NCBI GenBank assembly: GCA_051362555.1
Contig: CM120640.1
Span: 19,406,001-19,470,000, forward strand
Reading direction: 5' to 3'
DNA length: 64,000 nucleotides
Source of the DNA: Lingula anatina
Taxonomy: Eukaryota; Animalia; Brachiopoda
Of the stretch, positions 12,990-25,612 are shown piece after piece. The notes beneath the pieces were generated by a model. It was given only the letters and a program-made list of their open reading frames with translations, was not told where the DNA came from and made no database searches. The stretch's first letter is position 1. Each line of letters begins with the position of its first letter. Made by a program: the position numbers and the translations under genes.

Positions 12990-15900
12990 CTGTCTACACA
13001 CACTGAGGAAGTGTCAGCTGACTCTCACACTGTACATGGCAGGTATCATTTTGCATCAAATCCCTTATGGGGGTGTCCATGTGTGCCAACCATCAAAAAT
13101 TTCTTTTTCAGCTTAAAATCTGTCCAAACATTTTCATAATGTTTTGAGCAGCATGCACTAACTGAGAGAAAAGATGATTAAATCAGTAATCAGAAACATC
13201 CTTAACTTGTATGAATACAGTTTAAATGAAATCTTAATATCATCAGTTCATCATCTGAGGTTTAATAAAAAACTGAATCATGCTATTAACAATCCTATTT
13301 TCAACATTCTACCATACTTCTTTAAGATAAGACAGCACATAAGCCATCAATTATGATTTCTGACTTCATTTATCAACAAACCACCTTCATGATAACCTCA
13401 TTTGAAATATGACCTCCAAGTGGATTTGTTTTACATAATTTTGCAATTAAACAATCCAGTTTTTCACATTTCTTTCATATCTCAGTGATAATTTTTTGGG
13501 TTAGGTAGAGATCTCCACAAAGCACATCCCATCCTACTCCAGCCTCAGAGTTGGAGTCAGGACATACAAAACAACAGCATATAAATTCACAACAAAAGCA
13601 GCTGCCAGCTTATTCTGGAAACTTGATGGATTTCGCATGTGCTCAATTACTGCAATAGGTCCTGGTACAGGCTGGACCCAGATCTTAGATTGTGAAATGA
13701 AATATGGTATTCTGATAAAGTAAGATTTAATTTCTGATATAGTGAGGTTTTATTTCTCCCTCCCCCACACATTGTGCTATAATGAGCTGTAATAACACAA
13801 CAAGCACTTATTCCAACTGTGCTTGATTTCGTATCTTAGAAAAAAGTCATATCTAAGAAAAAAGTCATAAAAATATTTAGTAAAATCGTTCAGTAGGAAT
13901 GAGGAAAATACTGGTATGAAATTACAGTAAACTATATAATGCAAGCCAACATTTGTTTTTCTTAATTTTCACCTTATCTTCAGTTGCTCTGGGGAACATT
14001 AAGGGAATGTATACAGATTGAAAAAAATATAGACTGTAGTCTAACATCACACATTGAGAAATTACCCCAAACACATTAGCCTGCTTCATGTAGCAAAGTT
14101 TAATAAAATAGTGGGTGTTTTGATTTCTGTTCTGTTATGTAATTCTTCTTGTGTTCTATAATAATGAATCTACCTAATTTTTTGGTAATTATACTACATA
14201 AAGTTGTTTGGACAGTGATGAACCAACTACTTACAGCAAACAAAAACTGAACTTTTTAAAAAATAATCCACATCTGCAAAACATTTGTTTTAAACCTCAC
14301 TGATATTGTGTTTCACAAGTTCTAGTGCATGTGTTATACTAATACCATGAATGTGTGCTACACACAGGCACACCAACCACAATATACCTTCAGCAGCATT
14401 TATAATAACCATATGAGTCCCATATGAGATCTTGTATTCTAATATTCAATTGAAAAAATAGTTACAGGGGAGAAGAGTAATACTTTAAACCACATCAAGC
14501 AAAAAAAAAAAAAAAATCTTAATTGACAGTTTTGAATTGTGCACAACATATGAAAGTCAGTCCTCGAATGTATGGCAGAATTTGTAGGACTCGCCCTCTA
14601 GTATAGGATAAGGGATGTTAACATCTGGAAAGGAGGGTCAAAGGTCAGTATGTTGAGTTAAATCACCATGTACCTCAAGAAAATAAGTTAAGTATGAGTT
14701 TTTTGCTGGAGAGAAAAGCCTACACTGAGCACCTTTAATTAATTCATCCTAATTGGAGATTCACATTCAATTAAAAACTGTATTATTTCCATAACCATGT
14801 ATAGTTTACTTGAATGGTGCCAAAGAGCACAAAATAAATTAAAATAAGTCACCATCAGCAACTGAAACTAAAACTAAGACACTTCATTCAGTTAAAGATA
14901 AGAAAAAACTAAACAGAAAAGGCTGTATTTGTGCAGTTCAACCATTGCCCTTTTGTTTGGAGAAGACAAGTGTCTTTAATGAAGCGTAATATTAACATCA
15001 AACTTACTTTCACTTAAAGTCCAAAGTGGAAATAAAAAGTGCAGCTCAGGAAAATGCCCAATAAAATCAATATGATTTTTTATCAATATTGTTTATTACA
15101 AAAAAAAAAATGTCAAGATGATCATGGTTTTCCATCATTCACTGAAGTATCAAAAACAGTCCTTTTAAGTCCAATTTATACAACTCTAAATACCTTGTTA
15201 TCCTTTCAGAAGTTCTATGATTTAAGTAGGACAAATTTTGTTACCATTTTTATGATTTAATTTACACATCAACATACTGTTATCCAAGATTTTAAAATGT
15301 TCATAACATGATAAAACCACTACAAAATAATATTATCCAAAATCATAACAATTAAATGTACAAATCATTCAACAGTATATATGTAAATTGTGCAAAACAG
15401 ACTTGACACCAAATGTATAAAGTAAAGATATCCCTTAAAGTAGAAGCTAAATAAATGTTACAATAAATGCAGTGCAATAAGGCCAGCATATTTAACATCC
15501 AGTCAATATGAATCTCAAATGATCACAACAGTTCACTGTAGGAAGCACATATGCCTCCAATGCACGCATGCAAGTACATGCAAACACTACAACTTATGTG
15601 GAATGAAATCATTTGTCATTAGAATGGCGTACTATGGTGAGGTAAATGTATTCAAATGGTTTACAGAGATGAGCCATCTGGACTGAGCTCCAAGACTGGA
15701 AATGTGGAGCCAGCATTGTATTTTATATAGTAGAACATAGCCAGCAAAATTGATTGTTGCGTTTGTAAGTACCTGTATTCTGCCTTAAACAACTGAGGCC
15801 AGGGATACGATTTCCATGTCAGTATGTTATGATGAGCATGGAGCTTTTGTGCAAGAAACTATACAAAAAATACTTGTATCAATACGCCATGATCACAATT

Positions 15901-16028
15901 ATACAATTTGTGCAAATTTTACTTCCAATTATCTACATGTACACCTGCTTTCTCCATGAGTTCCACAGAAACCTGTCATTATTATTATCTGTACCAATAT
16001 TTTTTTTTAGGCTTGATATACATTTTTT

Positions 16029-17611
16029 TTACTGTGGAAGTTTCAGAGCTAAGAATTCATTCTTTCTATTGAAATATTCTCCAAACCTCTGTGCTGCATA
16101 TCTAAAAATTAAAATAAATAACATAATAAATAAAATAGATATCAATTATGAATAACATAAAAATACAATCGATTCGTTTTTTTTTAACCAGGATGAATGC
16201 TCATGAAAACACACTATTCAAATTTTCAAAATCTTTTCCAGATAAAAATCAGTTAAAACAACAGAATGTAAAAAAATGTTTGATATTGTAATGATATAGT
16301 CAGTTGGTATTTTTTTAATTAAAATAGTAACAAATGTAGTTTAAGAAATATAACTTACTGAACAAAGTCAAATTCTATGTTTGAGAATCTTGCTTGAAGG
16401 ATAGCCCAAACTCCCCAAAAGAAATGGGCGAGCTGCAATTAAAGGGGGAACATTATACTCATAAAAATGCAATATTTAAGGTGCAAGATATTTTTGTGGA
16501 GCTTTATGACTGAAAAAAAAAGACACGGCAGTACTGTTCTATATTTTCCCAAAGAATTAAAAAGAATAATTTTAGAATATCAGGCAATTAAGTTGAATGC
16601 ATTCTCATGATCAATTGAACCACCACAGGTTTAATAAATGTAAATTGTTATATTCAAATATATAAATATATTATATACTTACAAGAGCAAATTTATTCAC
16701 TTGAACATATAATATCTCTACATCCTTGTCAGTCACATCACTTGCTGGTAGATTTTCGAGTTGTTTCTCACATTCTAGATAAGTTCTAAGCCACTGCAGC
16801 TGCAAGTCCTTGTCAGGGTATAAAGAGTAGTCAACATCATCCACCCCTGAGGAATTAAAAAATAATAATAATCTGACAGTGTAACTACTATACCAAGAAA
16901 GTTTCAAGCAGTCTTTCTATTTTCATTTTATTTAATTTTTATTTATCATTATCTTTCTTAGGTACATTAGAAGTCTTGAAGCAATCTTTTTCTTTTCATT
17001 TTATTTCATTTTCATTTATTCTCTTTTTTATGTACACTAAAAATATCTCAAAGTGCTTGGAGTCTCTAAAAATAACAGTAACTTTGTTTAAAATACAAAA
17101 AAATGTTATCATATATGTAATATACACTTTAAAGGAGAAAAATAGAGTGGGGGGAAGGAAAGTGGACAGTACCTGCAAATTCACAGAAGTGATCTCCAAT
17201 ATCAAAAGCTTGATAGTTGTAGTCAGCATATTCATAATCTATGAACACCACCTTATCTAAATATGAAATTTGCATATACATATTCAGTCAGTGAATATTG
17301 CATAAAATAGTCAAAAACTGACAGTAATCTACGATTTTTTGAGACACAATATATTGATTTCTTAACTTAAAAAAATTGAGACCATTATATCTTAATTATC
17401 AATGTGCACTTAATGCAAAAGTAAGTTGGTATCCACTTTGTTTAAAATTTCATCAAAACCAATCAAAAGTTTTATAAATGTATCTTATCTTTCAGTGCAT
17501 TCTACTCTTTTTATCCCTTTAAAATCAAAAGAAAAAAATCACATTTAAAAAACTTTGAAAGATACATTGCTAAAATGCATATTAAGCAATGCAAATTATT
17601 ATTTTTATTTT

Positions 17612-17642
<31 letters not shown>

Positions 17643-20600
17643 TTTTGAAAACCACACAAAAATATTTATAATACAACAATGATGCTCTTATTTAAAGTAC
17701 CTTGACTTGCATCATACACAAGGTTAGCACAGAGAATATCATTGTGACAGAACACCACTGGTGAGTTAAGAGCCTCTAATGGTCCCTGGAGCTCAGATAA
17801 TTCAGCTTCTAATTCATGCCTCTTCTTGATTTCTCTTTGATATCTAGTTGAAGAGCAAAATGTATATATTTCATGAATCCATTATCTGACAAAAAAAGTC
17901 CACAAAACCATAAGTAATCTGATTTAATCTTTTTCATTAAACAACAATCAAATACAAACCCAGTACAGATCAATAGCAGTAAGTCAATATGCAGGTCATT
18001 TCGAATAGTGAGCAGTATCCTGTTACTTTTTTAAAAAACTTATACACATTCATGTTCACAAAATGTAAGACCAAGCAAGGATAAATATATAAAATTTAAA
18101 ATATCAGTCAGATTTGTTTATTTTAGTTGTGAATCTTATTTTTAACTGTCAAATAAAGCTATCCTTAGGAGAATGCCTATACAATTTGTAGAAAAGTTCC
18201 TTGACAAAAATTTACAATATCAACAAGAACAGCAATACAAGACTACAGTTTATGGAAAATGTACTTTGTCAGTCAAAAATGTTCAGTTACAACAGATAAC
18301 AGTTCCACCACATTGCAGAAAGGGAACAATATTTTATTTCATGTGATGTCTTCCAACCTTTCATCCTGCTCTGTATTGTCAAGATGATCTGGCACCAGTT
18401 CTAACCAGGACCTGATTTTCTTGAACACCATAGCTTCGGGTGAGATTTTTATTTTTTTATCATTGATGCTGCCTGCATTTTGGATGGAATGAATTCTACT
18501 CATCTCCTTGGCTATTAACCTACAAAGTAAATACCCATATCACCATAATATCACTGTTTGATATAACAGCACCATCAAGCAGCCATGAATAGATACACTG
18601 TAGCACAGAGTTTATTTACCTACTGTTCATTATCTTTGGAAAGTCAAACTAGAGTACATGATGGAAAATTCTGTTGTTTTGATCGAGTGACTTCCTTCTG
18701 AAGGTAGATACATGTACATTATTTCCATAAGATAACTGCATGTACTAGTAGATATGTAAACAACAATATCAACATTAGGATAACTGATAAAACAGATCAT
18801 TATATAAACTATGGTGATCGTCTATGGAAAGTCAAACTTCATGATGGAAATTTCGGTTCATTTGATTTATTGCCTTCCTTAAAAAGCAACTGCAACAAAA
18901 CTTAGAGAAAAAACTACACATAAGATAATCATGAAATTATCCAAACTCTTAAATAATCGACTGAATACAGTAGCAAGGATAATCATTCTAATATATTAAC
19001 CTTTAAACATCAAAAAATACAATTCTTTAAATAAGCTTGGGGACTTCTTTTTATACATTCACAAATGTTATTTAAAATGTGCAATTCAAATAATTAAATA
19101 AATGCAACTTAAATGCATGCACATGTATCAATGCACATACATGCAAGCACGCAAACATAAACAGCTCTGCGCACAACTCACTTTCTGACTTTCTCATCCC
19201 TGACCAAATCTCTATTTCCAACAATACCAGGAACAAATGCATAGCACAGCCCATTATTGAAGGAGCAGTACACCTCAGGAGCGCACCCTGCGCTGTGGAG
19301 CAAAACCATATTTTGGAGTTCCTTTTTTCTATCTATAAACAGCTCTGTGTTTTGTCCATAAATGCGGACCAACACTGTGTCGCTAGGATTGTCTGGAAGG
19401 TATAAACCAACAAGTTTGTTGGTTATTCCATCTGTGAAAACCTGTAAAATTTAAAATGGTACAGATTTTGCTTCATTATAAATTTTTTGATTACACAGAG
19501 TTTGTTTAATGCTTTTCAGACATTGTAGAAAATGTGTGGCACCTTGATGGTAATGACCCATTATCATGATAACATGATCTTCTGTTTACCTTCTTTACAT
19601 GTAATAACAACTGTGTTCTACCATGACAGCTTTTGCTGCAGCCATTGAGTTTGAAACTTTGAATTGTTCAGTTATGTTGAAAACATAAATTTAGTTTATT
19701 CTGTTGTTACATATTGTATATTATTAATTTGCATTCACTGAATTTGGGTTCACCAAATGAAAGGATCAGAAATGGTTTCACCAATCATATGGAATCACAG
19801 ACACTTGTTAATTATCAAGCGTATACCACAGCAAAGTAATCGGTGCTGTTCTGCTACATTTAGCATTAAAAATTAAAACTTGATATGAATCAAAATGCTG
19901 ACTTTGACCCCATTTCCAGAGATTAGATCGATCTACTTTAGATCGACCTAACTCCCTGGGGGTTCACACTAAATAGCTGTCAGCTGAGCGGACATGAAAA
20001 TTAATTACCCCCTTACAGCTTGTAGTAGGTGGGACGGACATTTAAGCCGGATTATCTGACAGTAATTTAGTGAGACTCCCCACGGGGATAGATCGATCTA
20101 AAAGCTCTGGAAATACAGCCTTTGACATTGTCTTTTTTCAACTGACTGTGGGAGTAATGAGTATGTATGAACATTGTAAGCACTGTGCATGCATATGTGA
20201 GTAGCATACTGTTTAATGCTACCCAGGCTCTTTTGCCTGTGGCTGTTGGCATGCTGAATGTGTATAAATCTTAAAATTACATATGAAGCAAACATAGATC
20301 CCCTGTAAAGCATATAAATCACTAGTACCAGTGTCTTGTAATTACATCTCAAACAATTTAAGCCCACATGCCAAAGGATACACCAAATTTATCACTAAGT
20401 AAGATCAGCTTTCTGGTCGTAAATCTGACCTAGCTATTTACTGTAAATCTGATCTGGCTATTCATCCAACCCTCCCGATTGTAAAAATCCACCAAACACC
20501 TTAGCAATATATGACACGTTGCTACTGCATGTGCAACAAACAGCATAATTTTTCATAACATTTTTTTTTTTGGAAATATGAATGCAATGATCCTCAATTA

Positions 20601-23600
20601 GTATTATTATGAGTTATGCTGTAGGGAACTATAAGGGTGTCATTTGATCGGGTTAAGTGCCAATGATTTGATACATTAACCTGCTTCAAATGCATCATAC
20701 ATATAAAAACTTCAAAGTACAATGTAAAGGCAGATGTCATGTACAAGAGTCCACAGTAATACAGCACCTTTTTAATTCCCACTGATTTGAACAATTCTGG
20801 AAGCCTCATCTTAGGGCTCATTCCCAATGACAAGCTATCAGTCTACATACTAACCATGCAGTAGATTGATCCAACTCTGCAGGGACACTCACTGAATGCA
20901 AACAGCTTAACAGATAAACACACCTCCTGTTGAAAAGAAGAGTCATCCAGGTGTGTCATCCAGTTAAGCTGATTTCTTTTAGTGGATCCCTGCAGAGTTG
21001 GATCAATCTTTGAAGACCGACAGTGTCACTGGGAATGGAGCCCAAAGATTCTAACTCAATTACCTGTATAAATGCTTGGACCTAATTAGAGAAGGACAAG
21101 AAACGCGGCATCTTCCTTTGAAGCTATGTGCGTTCGGGTAAACATTCGCCTATTGTCTCACATAATCTGTTTTGATAGCTCCACGGGCGTCTGAACAGCT
21201 TATTATCAAGGTAGCGCGCGCTGTGCTTCAGTGCATTTCTATTGTTTCTCTGCATTGATAACGCAATTTCTCGCAGTCCCTCGTGGTTGCTATGATACAG
21301 CATTGCCGCCATCTTGCAGTTGCGAGCACACAGGTTTCCGTCAACACGTGGAAATTTATTGAGGGGTTTTCGGCATTTTTCCCCGTTACCTCATAAAAAC
21401 GGGGTGTGAAGTTTGTCTTCAATACCTGCTGCCTTTCCCTGTCCGTGAGGTAGTCTCTGACAGGACAGGAATACGCACCCAACGACCGGAAATCTCATTC
21501 CTACATGTACCAGTAGCTGTGACACCCCGGAAGATCAATCAAATTTACACAAGAACTGACTGCTGGTGAATCAGACAAATTAAAAATGGACCTTTTTATC
21601 ATGTTTGTGAAATTATATATTACCATTAGGGGCCACTCATTTCGCAGACAGCTTAAAGAAAAGTACCAAGAATCTGTGTCTGCATCTACGAAAGAAAAAG
21701 GATTGAGAAAGTCTCTCAAAAGGAAGAGTAGAATTACAGCTTGAATTATTACCTAGATTTTCAACAAACAGGCAGTATGATCGTGTGCATTTATAACATT
21801 TGGGTTTTTTCACTTCGCAATTAAGATCTTAATTAGAAATTTCATCTCGGTTTACATTAATTTTAATTAGTTATTTAAGAGTCAGATTTGTCGTATTAGT
21901 TTGGTAGAAAATAATACACCAGGTACCAAAATATGGCTTTCTGTTTTCAGTTACTGAAAAGCAGTCGTAATTCAAGAACTTATTATAAGTATTTATAATA
22001 TTTGTTTTTTTTCATTCAGCAACTATCTTTCATTTATATTTTGCTTTATTTTTCATTAAAAGTTACTCGTTTACAATATGAGATTAATTTCACCAATACT
22101 GATCTTATGGTAATAAAAAATACATATATTTGATATAAAAAATCTTCTTTTTATTTCTTTTCACTTCCTTTTTTTTTTACACAACTTTAAATAATAAAAG
22201 ATTTGACAAATAAGACGCATATCACTGCAAGAGGGTCAATGTCAAATGTGAGTATGAATTTTATCAGGATCAGATTTTTTAAACCTGTAGTTAGTGTATT
22301 CTGAGGTAATTGAATATGCAATTTCAATCAATTGTTTTTCAATGCAATTTCAATCAATTTATATCAAATATATGTGTCTAAACATATAATCCATGTTTTT
22401 TACATTTGATTTTTTTTTTCATTATAAGATAGGAAATATAAAACAACTTGAGTACATTCCAATATTTATTATTATAAAAGTAAACATTAAAATTTTAAAA
22501 TGCTTGTTACAAAGCTAGTGATGATGAATATACAATACATGTGCAGTTTTCTTGTCTTGTCTCTTTTTGTGAAAGTCATGAGTTCTTTCCTATTTGTATC
22601 CATGTAGTATTAACTTATTTATAAAAGGTATAAACTAATTTCTCATTGACCTATGTGAATTACTGTCCAAATGTTTAATTAGTGAGTCTCCTCTTGGGCA
22701 ATGGTGCATTGTCCAATTTTAACTTTCTGGCACCTTGTGGAGAGAATCTGGAAGAGAATAAGAATGTTTTTATCACAAACTACTATAAATGACAATTGCC
22801 TTTTTTACTTCTACTTGGACATTTGAGCCACAGGTAAGCCTTATCAAATGCATCTCAAGATTCTACCTGTCAGGTAGATTTTCCCTCTAGTTAAATTTAC
22901 TTCCCTTGTTAGGCATGGACTTTCTAGATCATTATCAGCCAGGTAACTAAGCCGTCTGGCCCTTTGATGATTTGATAAAGCCAGCTAGGTGCTATCCAAA
23001 GGCATGTCTTAGGATTATTTCAAAGATTTCAAGCACCTGATAACAAGATAATGCAATGTAGCAAGGCAATTACAGAGGTGAGACTCTTATCACAAATGTG
23101 ATCAAGATCTACTTTTATGACCATTACCCAAGTAAATATAATCATGAACTTTGCATGTGTACATGTCCACATATACACTTTCACTATAAGACCAATGAGG
23201 GTGTTTGTCAATCGTCTTTATTCTGTTTAGGGAATCCAATTTAAAAATGAAAAACTAATAATTATTATTCTCAAACTGGAGCAGACTTTAGCCGGTCATG
23301 TGAATATACATATATACTTCAGAGTAGAGTTAATGTCAACTTTGATAAAAGGATATTAAAAGGCCCACAGGTGCGTTTTTTGTGTGTCACAATTGCATGG
23401 GTGGTGCCATATTGCAATGATAGCCCATATTAAGAGTTAAAAAAATAATAATTATCATTCTCAGACTGGAGCTGGCTGGAGCCGGTAATGTGTAAATATA
23501 TATATACTTTCGAGCAGTGTTAATGTCAACTTTGATAAAAGGATATTTAAAGAATCACAGTTGCGTTTTTGTGTGTAACAATTGCATGTGTGGTGTCATA

Positions 23601-25018
23601 TTGCTATGATAGCCCATATTGAGAGTCAAAAAAATAATAATTATCATTTTCAGACCAGAGCTGACTGTAGCCGGTAATGTGTAAATATATATATACTTTA
23701 GAGCAGTGTTAATGTCAACTTTGATAAAAGGATATTAAAAGGATCACAGGTGCGTTTTTGTGTGTCATAATTGCATGTGTTGTGCCATATTGCAATGATA
23801 GCCCATATTGAGAGTTATAAAAATAATAATTATCATTCTCAGACCGGAGCTGACTGTAGCCGGTAATGTGTAAATATATTTATACTTCAGAGCAGTGTTA
23901 ATGTCAACTTTGATAAAAGGATATTAAAAGGATCACAGGTGCGTTTTTGTGTGTCACAATTGCATGTGTGGTGCCATGTTGCAACGAGAGCCCATATTAA
24001 GAGTTAAAAATATTAATTATCATTCCATAATTCGGGCTCACTTAAGCAAGTAACATAAACCTATACATATAGTACACAGCGGTGTTGATGCCACCTTTAT
24101 CTAAACCGTACGTAAAAAATACCAGACCTAAAACGATGTCGGCGAGTCGAATAAATCGGAGAGGAATTGCGTCATTTCAATTCAAAACACGATTTGAGGT
24201 TAAATTATTGCCGCATCTATGGCTAATTCTTTACATAGAGGTAAAATTTCGAGACTAGAAATATTTTTCTATCGGATCATAGCTAAAGACAAGTATTCGA
24301 CACCGCAGTTGTACAATTTTAAACACTCATTTTACGGCAACAAACACGATTGCCTTCACCATATTGGGCATTTTGAATTCCTCCATGAACAAACATACCT
24401 TATTCTCATCTAGCATCCAAAATAGCAAAAGAAATTGTACTTACATTTTATCTCTATAAGTGTCTTGACTCATCCACCCGAACGTTTTCCTCGCGTTATC
24501 ACCAGCTACCTGTCCAAATGACACAAAAAGTCATCAACAGCCGCGATATGCTCGCTACCTGTACGGGAGGTCACGTGATCCGAACGCACATCGTTTCGCG
24601 AAGAGCTCGCGCTAAGCCGATTATCCTTTGATCTTTCTCCGCGTTACTTGTCCTTCTCTATTTAGGTCCAAGATAAATGTAACGGAGGAGGGGAGGGGTG
24701 GGGGTCTGAGTCACGGACCCTCAGTTTCTTAACACTGTGGCAGGTCAATTTCGCTTATGAGTATATATCGGGGTAGACATAACATTAACAGTGACACTAA
24801 CGTACAACGTCTGCACCTGTACAGGTGAGCTAGCAGCCGTGCAAGTAAGCTTGGTTGCCAAATAAATAAAAATGCTCGTTAAATCAGACCTTAATTTTCA
24901 CATCTTCGCTCTTCCAACTGGGTTTCACAGTTTGTAAAAGTGCCATCGCTCCTTCAGATACATTTTTATCGTCAATTTTCATGTCCACATGCAGGACACC
25001 GGCTTCTAGCTCAGACAT
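16029..25018 (-). CDS. ETNK1: Ethanolamine kinase (ETNK1/2, easily-shocked orthologue)
   Basis: 8 exons: 25018-24890, 19441-19182, 18519-18358, 17843-17701, 17256-17173, 16846-16683, 16432-16359, 16101-16029. Motifs VFTDGITNKL, LVRIYGQNTELFIDR, Brenner motif VVFCHNDILCAN, choline-kinase motif FIDYEYADYNYQAFDIGDHFCEFAG, LAHFFWGVWAILQA. Confidence 0.95.
19906..20120. mobile_element. PIF/Harbinger-like MITE family A, copy 1
   Basis: Imperfect TIRs gaccccatttccagag / ctctggaaatacagcc, TTT on both flanks, collinear with the copy at 29019-29232. Confidence 0.8.
20814..21043. mobile_element. PIF/Harbinger-like MITE family B, copy 1
   Basis: TIRs gggctcattccca / tgggaatggagccc; long internal inverted arms (ttgatccaactctgcaggga / tccctgcagagttggatcaa); related to 51748-52007. 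Confidence 0.75.
21523..21744 (+). pseudogene. 5'-truncated ORF remnant inside the transposon (accessory protein or P-transposase CTD-like)
   Basis: Stop-free frame ...KFTQELTAGESDKLKMDLFIMFVKLYITIRGHSFRRQLKEKYQESVSASTKEKGLRKSLKRKSRITA*. Resembles the recalled LYITIRG(H/F)SF...EKY...KGLRKxL tail of invertebrate transposon-associated proteins. Not in the ORF track. Confidence 0.6.
22675..22747 (-). pseudogene. Putative terminal exon of the element's transposase
   Basis: Good acceptor tcttattctcttccag followed by FSPQGARKLKLDNAPLPKRRLTN*. The DxxPLPKRR end is recalled from invertebrate P-like transposases. Minus-strand AATAAA signals lie downstream. Confidence 0.45.
23258..24030. repeat. ~189-bp tandem array (4 copies plus a degenerate fifth start) inside the transposon
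   Basis: Anchor attatYatt recurs at 23261, 23451, 23640, 23829 and 24016; each full unit contains gttaatgtcaactttgataaaaggatatt. Confidence 0.95.
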
Positions 25019-25612
25019 CTTTTCTCATGTGAACTATATGCGGTTGACCTGAACTATGAACCTTTCCTAAAGGAAGAGAAGTACATTTGTAGAAGCAGTC
25101 ATTTAGGCATACCAAGATGATAAGACAAACCAGGAATATCAGTAATGGTTTGAAAGATATATGAAAAATTGAAAGCCAAATTGTTGTCATTTGATCTAAT
25201 TTTATCCATTATTTTGTTTGCAAAATATCGTAACGTTAAACCCTATCCTCCCTGAATAAATTGAACAAGCCCGCATTGGTACGATCTAGTGCTTTAAGGT
25301 CACAAGACAAGCACGATGAAGGCGAAAGTGCAATATTATCTTATTCACCAGAAAAATACATACTCTGACAAAATTTTGAATAAGCTGTGTTGGGCATTTT
25401 TATATAAAATCATTTTGGAAATAATTTATTAATTTATTTATTTGAAAAATTGTGGGAAATCCCGGGAAATCCGTGTTTACAACATGCAGCCTCGTTTTCC
25501 AGTAAACATTATTCTAAAATTACATTGATATCGAGACAGCTGACGGAGATGTTTAGGTCAAGGTGACTAGGTGAAGCCGTCTCACAGATGCACATTACGA
25601 AAGGTGGAAAGA
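25019..25612. promoter_or_regulatory. Bidirectional promoter region ETNK/SDHAF2
   Basis: Divergent start codons 594 bp apart, locally CpG-enriched. Confidence 0.75.

Larger units (their letters stand above)
21075..24672. mobile_element. 3.6-kb non-autonomous TIR DNA transposon, probably P superfamily
   Basis: 34-bp TIRs at 21075-21108 and 24639-24672 (32/34 identical); perfect 7-bp TSD ATAAATG at 21068-21074 and 24673-24679; CpG-rich ends; subterminal inverted motifs. Located in ETNK intron 1. Confidence 0.9.

Noticed and set aside
23258-24030. CRISPR-like array
   Set aside because: Whole units are repeated with no unique spacers; eukaryotic context and no cas genes.
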